A stretch of DNA of 64,000 bases from Trichosphaerium sp. ATCC 40318 (taxonomy: Eukaryota; Protista; Tubulinea): the NCBI GenBank assembly GCA_038496445.1, contig JALMLS010000052.1, positions 1-64,000 on the forward strand, given 5' to 3'. Numbering within the stretch: position 1 is the first letter of the stretch; the number at the start of each line of letters is the position of its first letter. Of the stretch, positions 44,172-56,018 are shown piece after piece. The translations under genes and the position numbers were made by a program. The notes under the pieces are model-generated. The model saw only the letters and a program-made list of their open reading frames with translations, was not told where the DNA came from and did not search any database.

Positions 44172-46284
44172 ATGATGTTGCTGAAGATGACTTCAACTAT
44201 AGTACCACTGCTATGTGGGTATTTGTTTTTTATCGTTTATGCGTACGTAGGTTATACAGAAGTGTAACAGCATAACATTTGAACCCAAAAGGCCGTTTTA
44301 AGATCTAATAAGTTTGTAGAAGCAAGCCTGAGCCTTTTACTATCAATGTACCGGAAAAAACTTTAAACGACCTTTCTAATCGGTAAATAACATTTACGAG
44401 CGTATTCCACTATTAACATGCGCTTCCTAAGGTTAGAAAATACAATTTTTCCGGATTCTCTCGATTTACCAAACGACGACGCATGGTCTCATGGTATCCC
44501 TGTAAAGTAAGGCTTATACTGAATAGAAAGCGAAAGCGGATAAATACATCCGCTTACGTGAAAACAAAAAAAAAGTCAAAAAAGTCAAGTTTGTTTTACT
44601 GAGTATGTAACTGAGTTCTGTAGATCTATGCGTGAATATGTTGATTACTGGAAGAAAGATTATGATTGGAGAGCTCAGGAGAAGTATCTAAATACCTTTG
44701 ATCACTTCAAGATGGACATTGACGGCAAGTGAATATATTGAGAAGAGCTGAGATTGACGTTTTGCCAAAGGCATCAATATTCATTTTGTGCATGCGCTAT
44801 CAAAGGAAAAGGGAGCTGTACCTCTTTTAGTGGTTCACGGGTGGCCAGGATCTTTCTTAGAGTGCTTGAAAGCAATCCCTATACTAACAGGTAACCGAAC
44901 TTGAGTGTATAAAACCCCTAATAAGTAAAATCAAAGACCCTGTTTCTCATGGCAGGAAAGCTTCTGATGCTTTTCATGTTGTTTGTCCGAGTCTCCCAGG
45001 ATATGGGTTCTCAGAACATCCAAAAGAACCAGGTATGTTGTTATTTACTGATAAGTTAGAACATACAAACGTTTTTCTAAAAATAGGTATTAATACAAGA
45101 AAAATTGCAAGTATTTTTGCACAGCTCATGGCAAATCTTAAGTACGATAAATACATGACTCAAGGAGGTGATTGGGGAGGAATTATCACAATGTATGATT
45201 TAGAACCTCTACCTTATTTGCGGAAGAGCTTAAGTCTTTTCTTTAGGCACTTGGCTAATTTGGATACTGAACACGTTTTGGGAACACATCTTAATTTTAT
45301 CCCTCTTAGTCCAGTAGGCTTCTTTGGTAATGTAAAATTCTTGTTGTCCTTCGCATTTCCAAGTTGGTTCTATACACCACAAGAACAGAAATATGTATCA
45401 TACGGTCTATCATATTATTGGCGTACACACTTTTTTTCTCTTTTTTTTCTGATTTTTGACGAAACTGATTGGATCCTAGGTGAGTTTGGATACTTTCATA
45501 TGCAGACTACTAGACCAACTACTCTTGGTTACGGATTAGCGGATTCTCCAGTTGGACTAGGTACACCTAGTCTCGATAGAGTAGTGCTGTCTGACTGAAT
45601 ATTTTTTGTTCGTAGCCGCATGGATTCTTGATAAGTTTCACTTTTGGACTGATACTTCAGATGACATGTCTGTAGTTAAGTATGTATCATTTTTGTGTTT
45701 CGTAGTTTCTTTTCTAAGGCGTTTTAATAGTGTATCAAAAGAAGATATGATAACTAATATAATGATTTATTGGGTTACAAATTCAATCACTTCTTCATCG
45801 CGTCTGTACAAAGAACATTGGCTAGTCTTCAAAGATGGTGCGTTTCTTCATTCCCACAAAATCTTAGTTAAAATATCGTTTAACATTTTGGTCCTTTTGA
45901 CCCTCGCTAAGTGACAGTCAAATAGCCACGTTTGAAAAAAAAAAACAAAGAAAGATTGTTACTAACTTTTTGTCATTAGAAGAAGCACCAATATTAGAGA
46001 CTACACCTATTGGTATATGTCAATTTCATAAAGAGATAATACTTACGGGGAGGATGCTTGCTGACCAACACTTTTATAATATTTTAAGCTTTGATATCAA
46101 AGAGTCTGGTACGTTTTGGTTGACAACCAATGTGGGTTTTTTTGCAACTTTTTTTAACACAGCTGTAGGTGGGCATTTTGCTTTACTTGAAGCTACTGAA
46201 GAATTAGTAGATCATGTAATAGAATTCAAACATAAAATAGAAAAACAACTTGATGATAAAAACAAGGAAAAAGAAGACTTGTAG
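44172..46284 (+). CDS. Microsomal epoxide hydrolase (EPHX1/JHEH family)
   Basis: N-terminal anchor, PFTINVPE, YDWRAQEKYLN, HGWPGSF, PSLPGYGFS, QGGDWG nucleophile elbow, DSPVGLAAWILDKF, GGHFA. Confidence 0.93.
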
Positions 46285-46734
46285 TACAACAACAAGCCAA
46301 GGAATAAACTAGTTTGACTTGGGTTTTTCAAATAATGGTTTAGGTTTTTGTCAATGTGCAAATAAGTAGGACTCCACTAGTTCGCCTTTCCACTAATTTA
46401 ATTATAAAAACTCTCTTTGTACTAAGACGAAGATTGTATTGTACCAAAGCACCAATGGTGTAACATTTCCATTTTGTGTGGAACTGTTAAAGTCGGGTAC
46501 GCTTAAATCGCGCAATGCAAGGTTATACGCTAGGGCATCTTCAGGTGGCGGCATCAGAACTGAATAATCAACGTAATAAAGGGAAAAAGACAACCTGACG
46601 TTTACTGACAATCAAACGGTGTAATACCTGACGAATGTACACTGGCTGTAGTTGGTCTTTCAAAAAGTGTGATTTATTTGCACGTTGTTACAGTGAGTGT
46701 ACAATAAACTCGATACATGTATTATGTTTTTTTG

Positions 46735-48382
46735 TCATCTTTTTTTTTTCTTAATTACTTTATTAAACATTCTGACTATCTTCGATTTATTTTTTATCTC
46801 CCTGTACAACATATGAGAAAAACAGGTTATTATATTGTATAAAATAATTATCATGTGCGAAGGTTGTGTACCTGAGTTGTGGAGGCTGTTGTAGCGCAAT
46901 ACATTGACATTCTCGAACAATTAGTGAAAACAGATTTTGAATATTCTTCCCTGTTTTACAACTCACACTTATGAATGGTATGTCCCATGATTTTGCATAA
47001 GATGCACCTTCTTCATTAGATACTTCTCTTTGTTCTTCAAGATCAATTTTATTGGCAACCTAATCCACAATATTATGAACAACAAAAGTAAGAAAAAAAA
47101 AAGAAATCATACCAAAATCATTGGTGTTGTAGGTTTATCTTTGATGCGTAGTACATGTTCTATGACCAGTGGTATTTCGTCAAAACTGGATTTACTTGAT
47201 ATACTGTATACGAAAACACATATTTCAGTATGGCGCATATAACCATCGCGTAATGCACGATACCTAGAATCAAAGTTACAAAAAAGTTATACAAAAGAAA
47301 GAAAAAACATAAGCGTCTTTGTACTCTTCTTGGCCAGCAGTATCTAGCAAATCCAAATGACTATAAAAATTGCCTCTTTTTAGGCATATACTAATTGCGT
47401 CCTCTAATTACTTTGTGAGCATTCAAGAGGATGTAAATACATAATTCTTCACGTTGTTATTCCCGCCCTTACAAGTACTGTTTTATACGAAATAAAATTC
47501 AAGGTGTTTCTGTGGGGTAAAAAAATAGAGAATTTGAACTGATATTTGATTGATTGATTCCGTATAATACGCAAACGTACCAATAGTTGGATCATATTCA
47601 TCCATGAACCAGTCAGTTATATATTTTACAATTATTGTAGTCTATTCCGCAGGCATATAAGAACACATGCTCGAAAAAAAAACAGAAAAAAAACAGAAAC
47701 ACTAACCACTCCCACGCCGCCTCCTCCAAAAAAGCAGCATTTAGTCTATGAAAAAAAATGTAGTTAGCCACGTGTTTTTTACATATGAAACCAGAGTTTA
47801 CAAAAAGAATTCTACGTACAGTTGGTGCGTTGTCCATCTTTTCGACTTGTGATTTGGAAAGTGATAACTTTGGTATCCTCTTTTTGACGTTTTCTCCGTA
47901 AGAACACCTTGAAATATGGTTTAGATGTATGCTATATCATTCCAACACTTAGACGCAAGTACCCTCTAACTTTGAGAAGAACTGCCTGTGAACAAGCTGT
48001 GAGTTAAGGCGCTTGTTTCGCCGATTCAAAGAAACAAGAAATAAAAAGCTCATAACACTTATTTTACTTTATCGTTGATGGCTATAGTTTTTGTAGTACC
48101 TTGTGCTCCCATTGATAGATAAAATCCTTCATAATGTTATCATCTTGGCCAATTTAATTGTAAATAGCGTTGAACGGTATAAGATGTACCTTTAGGGTCT
48201 GTCATGAAGTGGTAGGCGTAAAGCCGTCGCCATATGATGTTATCAGATGTAAATACCCTAAAAGCCTTCGAAGTAGCGCCAAGAGCTACTATATGTTCCA
48301 ATTCAAGGGTATTACTGATTAACACGAGGATCTCATGAGGAAGCGATACAAAAGCTGATAAACCGGATTCTTTCTTCTCCAT
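46735..48382 (-). CDS. F-box-Ras family GTPase fusion with degenerate P-loop (GGGGVGVT), no CAAX
   Basis: F-box SLPHEILVLISNTL..LGATSKAF..IWRRLY; after splicing: KCCFFGGGGVGVTTIIV, FMDEYDPTIED, LDLLDTAGQEEY, VANKIDL, VSCKTG, polybasic tail KVIKKKKR*. Ras spacing is collinear with canonical Ras. Confidence 0.88.
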
Positions 48383-48480
48383 TACAACGCACTGAGTAGT
48401 GTTTTTATCAAACAATTAAACAACTCACAAACAAGTTGAGTGTGGTCAAGCCCTTTTTCAAACATCTCCAACAAGCTTGG

Positions 48481-48553
48481 CAATCCTCATTGACTGATAG
48501 CCCGGTATATTACCCGCACTATGGAGGTGTTGCCAGTTCTCATCAACGGATTG
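48481..48553 (-). ncRNA. Possible box C/D snoRNA-like k-turn element
   Basis: Minus strand CAATCC-GT-TGATGA...ATGA-GGATTG: 6-bp terminal stem, box C-like and variant box D in k-turn geometry, 73 nt. No guide target recognised. Confidence 0.25.
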
Positions 48554-48798
48554 GTTGCAACTAATTTTATTTAATTTCAAGAATCACTTGCACGTGTTTC
48601 TATCACAAATGTATATATCTGCTCTTGCTCAACACTTTTGTAGGCTATACGCAATGGCAACAAGTTAACTTGTTCTCAACAGTACTCGTGTCCTTACTAT
48701 TTTGACAGCCACTCCAGTTTACAAATTTTCGTAAACAACAAAAAAACCAAAGTGAAAAAATGTACAATGTTTTATTAATAATCCACTTTCTTTAGGTA

Positions 48799-49693
48799 TT
48801 AATAAAACCCAATATTTATCCTACCATCAAATGGCGGTGTTATCTTTAAATGCCTTGGTGTGCTACTCTTAGGCATAATCTTTGTAACAGCATGAAAGAT
48901 CATACGACTAGGACCTCCAAAAATCAATACATCACCAGAACTTAGTGTAACTTGTTTCTCATCATCTTCACGTTTATCCTTATATTTGAATACACAAGAA
49001 GATCCAAGACTGAAAGAAATAATAGGTGACTTAACTGTTTTTTGTTGTTCCTTAGTCAACCCATCTCTATCGCAATGCCATCCTATCTTGCCCTTTCTGG
49101 TATAATAATTTATCCTGCACACTTTAGCTTCTGATGCTGGTATAGAAGGGCATGCTTTACGAGCAATATTCAAGTATTTTGTATTCGCTTCTGAAAACTC
49201 TTTTGGTACGTCATTCATTGGTATAGACATACGCGCTTTGGTCTTTAAGTTCAATTGCTTGTTTTTCCTTGGTCTTGTGGACTGAGACTGAGGAGCAGCT
49301 GAGGTGTTTGGTTTTTTCACAGAGTATGTGTTTGCGCTAAGATCCGTGTCTGCAAAACCTGTAGCGAGTTAGAAATATCCATTGAAGCGTATTTTGATGT
49401 GTTTTACGTACCTTCCGCTGTCATAATGAACTTGCCGGTGTAAAAAGAGCCGTAAGCTGGGTGTTTACCCTGTCCATACGCTACGCTTATGTTCATAAGC
49501 TTTTGTTGCTCTTGAGGGCTTACAATATTTTTTAATAATACCAAACCATCCTAATTATACCCTCATTAGCGTAACAAGTACTAAGAGGGTATGTAATATC
49601 GAGAATACGTACTTGTAAGACAATTGTCTCCGGTTCAACGTGAGTGGTACGTTTAGCCTTTGGAACGTATGCGAAACCTGTGTTTGAGCTCAT
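48799..49693 (-). CDS. AlkB-family 2OG-Fe(II) dioxygenase (AlkB/ALKBH1-like)
   Basis: DGLVLLKNIVSPQEQ, INYY, IGWHCD (HxD), IISFSLG, GDVLIFGGPSRMIFHAV, RINIGF; 2 introns. Confidence 0.9.
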
Positions 49694-50473
49694 GATGCTA
49701 TTCTATTGTTTAATTGTTTATTTTGAGGTAAATTGTGTGTTCGTCAATGTAAACCAAAGATGGTTCACTGAACTGAAACCAATTTACCACGTCACTGCTC
49801 TGAAGACGACGTGGCGTCACTCCCCGTATAAATTATCAACCCCAGCTACTTTTTGTTTCTGTTGTCAACAATCTCGGAATTTACTAAGAAGCTTGTGTAG
49901 CACAAAGCAGAAACGTTTCAAGACCCTGACTTAATTATAGAATATAATTCATTATTGCGACCATTGAGCTTAATTTTACCTCCGTGTGGTGAAGCCTTTT
50001 CAATAGTAGTACATTAACCAAGGCAAGCATTTACCTTTCAGCTTTGCCGATAGGGATGCAGTTCAATTTACGTAAGATTGTACGGATAAATCTGAAAACC
50101 ATGCATTGTTGAAAGCACCTTCGTAGCTTCTAACCGACTACACCCGTTGTGTAAGGTTTATAGTATGGAAAGTGTTGCTAAGGATTGCAAAGTTCCTCAG
50201 GAACTATGAATGAACTGTGATCAGAGGGTCGGAGAAACGGGTGGCTTCCATTCAGTGACTTAAACTCATTGATTGGAAGAACTCAGAATGTTCAGTGAAA
50301 ACGTGTCGCGTTGTTATGTTAAAATTATCAAAAATTGCATACTAGTACTTTGCCATAAACCTATGTGACACTACAGAACTGCACCCGATTAGTAATATTA
50401 ACTAGTTAAGACTGTACCATAAAGACACAAAAACAAAAAGACAAAAAAAAAACACAAACAAAAATCAACTCAA

Positions 50474-51224
50474 ATGACACTCACGCTTACAGCTTATGAA
50501 CAACCGGATACCAACGTACAAAAGCTCACTGATCTTCTAGAATGTGGATTTATCACTCGCGCTGAGTTTGAAGATCGCTTAGGTACGCTTTATTAGTGAG
50601 TTTATTTCGCTACCACAAAGCTAACACAAAATAATAGGCACCGCATCACGCGATACTACAACTGAACCTTCCAATTATTCTTCTTTCACCCCAGAACCTC
50701 CTTTGTATGTATACGAGGAGCCAAGTGTATACTTCACCCCAAATTGTTCGTCAAACTACCAGCAGAGCTATGAGGAACAGGGATACGAGGAGCAGACTAA
50801 TGAGGAGGAAAAGCGAAGTGTCGCAATAGAGTCAGATTGCGAAGATGACACGACTGGATTTACTCTTGTATCTTATTCCAAAACTCCAAGAGAATCTACA
50901 GTACCTGTTGCAGAAACATACGAGCCTATTGATGAGCAAGAATCTGATGGCGACGATGAAATGGCAGAGATGTACGAAGAGGCGAATGTCGCTTTTCACA
51001 CAGCTGTGTTATATAGAAGAGACGACAAAGAAGGTAAAACCAAATCTGCAAACTTTTTTTTTAACTTTCTTGTAGCTACTTTTACTCGTAATTATATCTC
51101 TCGCAAACATGCGTACAAACCATGGACTGACTTTGATTATTTGACTCCTAAATCTGTTCGCCGTCGTGAATACACTCATATTCGCGGATCTGTTGAGGCA
51201 GTCTTGGAAAAGCTTGGGTATTGA
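50474..51224 (+). CDS. Hypothetical acidic protein with N-terminal SHOCT-like motif
   Basis: KLTDLLECGFITRAEFEDRL matches the SHOCT pattern; acidic low-complexity middle; introns at about 50583 and 51033. Confidence 0.6.
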
Positions 51225-51815
51225 TACCTCTTCTTTTTTATTGTCGCCTACGAGAATTGTATAATAAACTAAAGGCTTGTAAAACAAAATAGGAATTCGA
51301 TTTAAAAAAGGTCAGGGTACAGTACAAGCGCAATTGAACTATTATTTGAGATTAGAAATCAATCATGTGACAATATTCAGCGTATATGCTAGCATGACCT
51401 TACAACGAAAGCATCTCTAAGGTTTATGTCAAGAATTGCGTTATGGTCCACGCTTAATAATAGATAATCCATATTTAGAAGTAATGTGACATTGCGATTT
51501 TACTTTACTTCAAGTTACGAGTACATGAGAAGGTAAATATTATCTCATGAACTCAGTTTTGTAGAAAACTGTCCATAATTCACAAGGTTTCACAGAACAA
51601 AAGTCTGGGCTTGATTCCTGACCCGATAACAGTAATTACTACTGTAAACGTACTTACTGGTATGTAAAAGTTCTATTGAGGACGTTTAAAAGGTAGGTCA
51701 TTAATTCTCAACAAAATAGGAAGGTAAAAACCCAACAACAGAACCGAAAACCCGCAAAAAAAAAAAGAACAAAAAGTTCAACATATTTCTTGTTCCACAA
51801 ATTTAACAGATCACT

Positions 51816-52577
51816 ATGGCAGGAGCATCATCATCTATAATTATATGCGCTATAATAGCGGTAATCTTAGTAGTGGGCATCATAGCCGGTATTGTATCTG
51901 CAGAGCTTGTTATCGGTCTTAGACACCAAGATAATATTTGCACGAAAGAACCAGAAATAATAAGTTCACCTACAGCGCCATTTGCACCATTTGCGCCACT
52001 TGCACCTCTAGCACCACTAGCACCGCTTTCGCCAGGGAATACCACAACTGCTCCATTTACTACTACTGTAGATGTATACAGTACGTTATCCCTTTTGTAT
52101 TCAAGCCTGCCCGACAAGAATTCATGAGAAACGGCTACTTTTTCTTCTCTTTAGCTTTTTGCCTCTAAATCGCTTCGTAGGTATTGGTTTAGCGAGGTAT
52201 TTGATAATAGATGGAATAGTAACGCTTAGTTTAATTGTTGTTGGTGTAGTCGTTGTCGGACTAGTATTCCTTATTGCAGGACAGAACGTTGCTGCAGCAG
52301 TTATAACGTATGCTGTATACTCTATTATTATCTGTTTATTCAACTTCTGTTGGACTATTTACGGTATTGTCATCGTTGCAAGGAGTGGAGTACGTCACAC
52401 TGCTTTTAACGCTTAGCTAAACAACAAAACACAAAAAACCAACTAACTCTATTTTAGGAGTGTAAAAACACAGGAGCTTCACAGCTATACAACTTGGGAC
52501 TTGCTATCGTAATTCTAAAAGCACTTGGTACTTGCGGACAAGGAACTTCATCTTACCAAGCGCGAAACAGGTCATAG
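51816..52577 (+). CDS. Four-TM membrane protein (TMEM272-like) with luminal APF/APL repeat
   Basis: TM1, then NIC, (APF/APL)n, LARYLIIDG, FNFCWTIYGIVIV, EC...LYNLGLAIVI; 2 introns; stop 52575-52577. Confidence 0.6.
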
Positions 52578-53568
52578 ACCAAGGCACTAGGCCGATGCCG
52601 TTACCTTCATTTAGTTTTAAACTAAAAAAGGGTAAAATTGTCTTATCTTTTGAGAGCTGTACACATAATTGTTTGCAACTTAAATACAGAAAGAGACTCA
52701 TATTTAAAATTATCTAGCCTCGTTCTTTTCTTCAATTTTTATTCTTATGACATTAAAAAACCGAAAACACCATTAGAAGCACACAAGCAACAGTACACCA
52801 ATTGAAGGTTATTTTTTGGTGAGAAAATTGTGTAATTGGCCAATTTGTTGGCAATGTTTATATATTCTCCATGTAGGTTGCTATCCTTTGCAGAAGCATT
52901 CGATTCAGCGAGGTGTTGACGCTTTCATTGTTCTGAGAAGCACTTCCTTCACCTACATGTATTGTTATCATAGGTAAAAACTAAGCAAGACGGTATACTA
53001 ATTAGATGTTCATTACAGCTACCCTTATTGAGTGTCTAAGTATACAAAGCAAAAAATGAATGAGTATCGAGTTAAGAACGCAGAAGAAGTAATTCCATTT
53101 CAACTCAACAGTTTTTTGCCAGTGAAAGGATTTGATCGCCTCAGGACATATTACGTCGATAGCCCGCGGTCTTTATATCTGGTCTAATGGCTCATTCAAT
53201 CACTTTACAAACTTATCGTTTTTGTAGAGTTGCAAAAACTATTTAGAATAAATGTGGTTTATACACTATAGTGCTACAACGGCTTACCCAGGAAGTGTAG
53301 ACCGTTCTCGCTCCATTCTGATTTTAAACTAGTGCCAACATGTCATTCACAACGCCACGTAACCAACGCTTAACAAAACGACCTTACTTAACACGTTCTA
53401 TGAGCTTTTTGCACTCATTGCATTAGTGATCTCTTTTTCTGTAACACCAGGGTGGTAGCTTGTATAATGGAAGATAAATCCAAGATTAGGCATCATTGTT
53501 AAGTCAAATAGTTGAAGTCAGTCTTTTTGAGGTTGCACGTGGCCATTTAACGGCTGTACATAATAATT

Positions 53569-53896
53569 ATGGCTACTAGGCCAACGCTCTCACCTGGCAT
53601 GTTTTTAACGATTTTATTGTACCTGACACCAAACATAGGTGAAATGGCTTACCAAGTGTCTGTTTCAGCCGTAGCGGGCGTAAGCTCGTTGATTGTATTG
53701 TATTTAGTCTGCTTACTTTTCATACGACGGGAAGAGTACGTGTTCGCACTGTTTTCGTTAGTATTTGCGCCCACAGAGTTTTTTTAGAGTATATCACTGT
53801 ATTAGGAGTTTTAAAACCAGCAAAAATCACCAAACAGTTCAATACGTCCAGTATGTCAAGAATACTGTTAATATCAACGATATGCTGCTAACATAA
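53569..53896 (+). CDS. Putative small single-pass membrane protein
   Basis: Hydrophobic AVAGVSSLIVLYLVCLLFI followed by RR; phase-consistent GTACGT...TAG intron into a short last exon. Confidence 0.35.
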
Positions 53897-54272
53897 ATGC
53901 AAGGCTTGAAGAAGAACCGTGATATAAGAACAAACCACTGTCCACAATCCTTTACGCTTCGAACACCACCACGACAAAAGGAGGAAAAACAGACTTATCA
54001 GTCATTGTAACAATTTTTTTTTCCTTTTTTATGACACTACTGTAGCCGTACATTCTCCAGAAAATAATACAATATGACAAATGTATTGGGTATGTTATTT
54101 AACAACGTAATTTCAAATGCATAATGAATGGTGATGAGCTTTCTTTTTTTTCTTTTTTCTTTTTTCTTTTTTTTTGTGAATGAAATAGCTAGCGTGTTAT
54201 ACGATATACCCTTTGTAATACCAAAAAGAAGGAGATTTGCTGCAGGTTTTTTTTTTTTGATTTCGCAAAGCT

Positions 54273-55843
54273 TTAAAACTTGTACACCATGTGAGGGAGG
54301 TAATCTAACTCTTTCAAAACGCCCTTCAATTCACCTTGTGTGTAATCTGGATTCTTTGGTCCTGCAATTGCTCCAACCATCCCAGGAGGTCCGCAAACCT
54401 GTTATGAGTTAAAAGACAAATGTAAAGAGTTTAAGACTTACAAGAATCTTGTTATGATATCCAGGAGGTGGTAGACGCCTCTTGAGCATATCTTTGGTCA
54501 TGTATCCTTCGCTGTGAGTCCAACCTTCTGGAGCCTTATCGAGAGTGTAGTGAACACGGAATCGATGAGGGTGCTTGTGTCTGAGAGCTTCAATCTCTTC
54601 CCTTGCTAGAATATCGCTTTCTGAAACGTTTCCGTATACAAGCCAAATTCTCGTTTGATCAGCAGGATGGTTTAATAAGTACTTGATAACCTGAAGCATA
54701 GGTGTGATACCAGTTCCTTAAAAGAACATTAGAACGTGTCATTTCGCTCAGTTAATTAGTTTTGGTGCGTTTTACGCGACAAGTACTGAGAGACGCCAAA
54801 ATTTAATTAACTCCTTCAACGTACCACCAGCGATCATACCAATATCTGCGTACTTGTTTTGGTGCATAGGAAGCTTAGAAATAGGTCCCTAAGCTCAAGT
54901 AAGCGAAATGAATAGAATTGAAAGGGTTTTTTTGAAAAAGCAAAAAAAGTGTAGTTAGCGCATACCTTCATTGATAGTTTCTCACCAGGTTTCAAATTGT
55001 GAATATACTTAGACATATTGCCTAATTATGTATGAGGATAAACGAAAATTAAAAAAGTTAAGTTGACACGGAAGTAGAGCGAAACAAGAGTTTCACACAA
55101 AGTTTTTTTTTACCTTTTGGGTACTCTTTTACCAACAAGTCAAAATGACCTGGTACTTCATCACCTGTTACTGGTGTATATGGACGTATGAGCATTTTAT
55201 CATCATCCCCAATTGGTGCTAGCACGTTTTAGTGGGCATAGAAGGAATAATAAATAAAAACCGAGAAGAATAGGTAAAAAATGCTTTTAAGAGCAACCCA
55301 ACGCGTAATATCGCGTGTGGGGTGTTATTCTTTTTTGTATAGTTTGTAATACAAACTAGCTTGTGTACCTCGCGTTAAAAGGCACGAAGCAACTGGCAAG
55401 CCTACAATATCATCCTGGCTGTCTAGTTTGAACCGGAATATTTTAGTGTCGGCGCTAACGTCCTCTGTCTGTAATGTGTAAGTCTTTGGTTGAGCGTTTT
55501 TTTTTGTTTTGTTTTACCTCTTCAAGAACGAAATCTTTCCAGTCATTGTTTAGTGCTATGTTGCGTTGGGCTGCTTCAGTCTTTAAAATAAAGTAAATTG
55601 GCGATAATTATTGTATTTGTAGCCACGTACTTCTTGTTGTTGTTTATTGAACACGTAATAAGCTCCACCAAGGGCCAATGCTCCAGCAACGCTAATTTTC
55701 AAATATAAGCATTATACGATACAAAACACGTACAGTAAAACCCCAATGTTGCTTTGCCGTTCTTTAGTGACTTGAATGCGTGTTGTGTAGGTTTTTTGCC
55801 TCACATACTGGCTACGACGTCTAAACACAGACCTAGCGAACAT
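54273..55843 (-). CDS. NADH-cytochrome b5 reductase, mitochondrial (MCR1-like)
   Basis: Arg-rich presequence [49 protein letters not shown]. Confidence 0.93.
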
Positions 55844-56018
55844 GGTTTCTACGTAATGAAGCTCTTGCAATAGGCCCTTGTGCAACCAGCGTTGACCAGT
55901 TCAAAATACCTCACAAAACAACACCACTACTTTTGTAAAATTGTAGTCTTCAACAAAACATGCAGCAATGTATACAGACCACACCATTGGTTCTTTGTTT
56001 TTCTTACAGCGTGAGTTT

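Noticed and set aside
46402-46611. 69-aa minus-strand ORF downstream of the F-box-Ras stop
   Set aside because: No ATG-supported model or homology cue; may be UTR.
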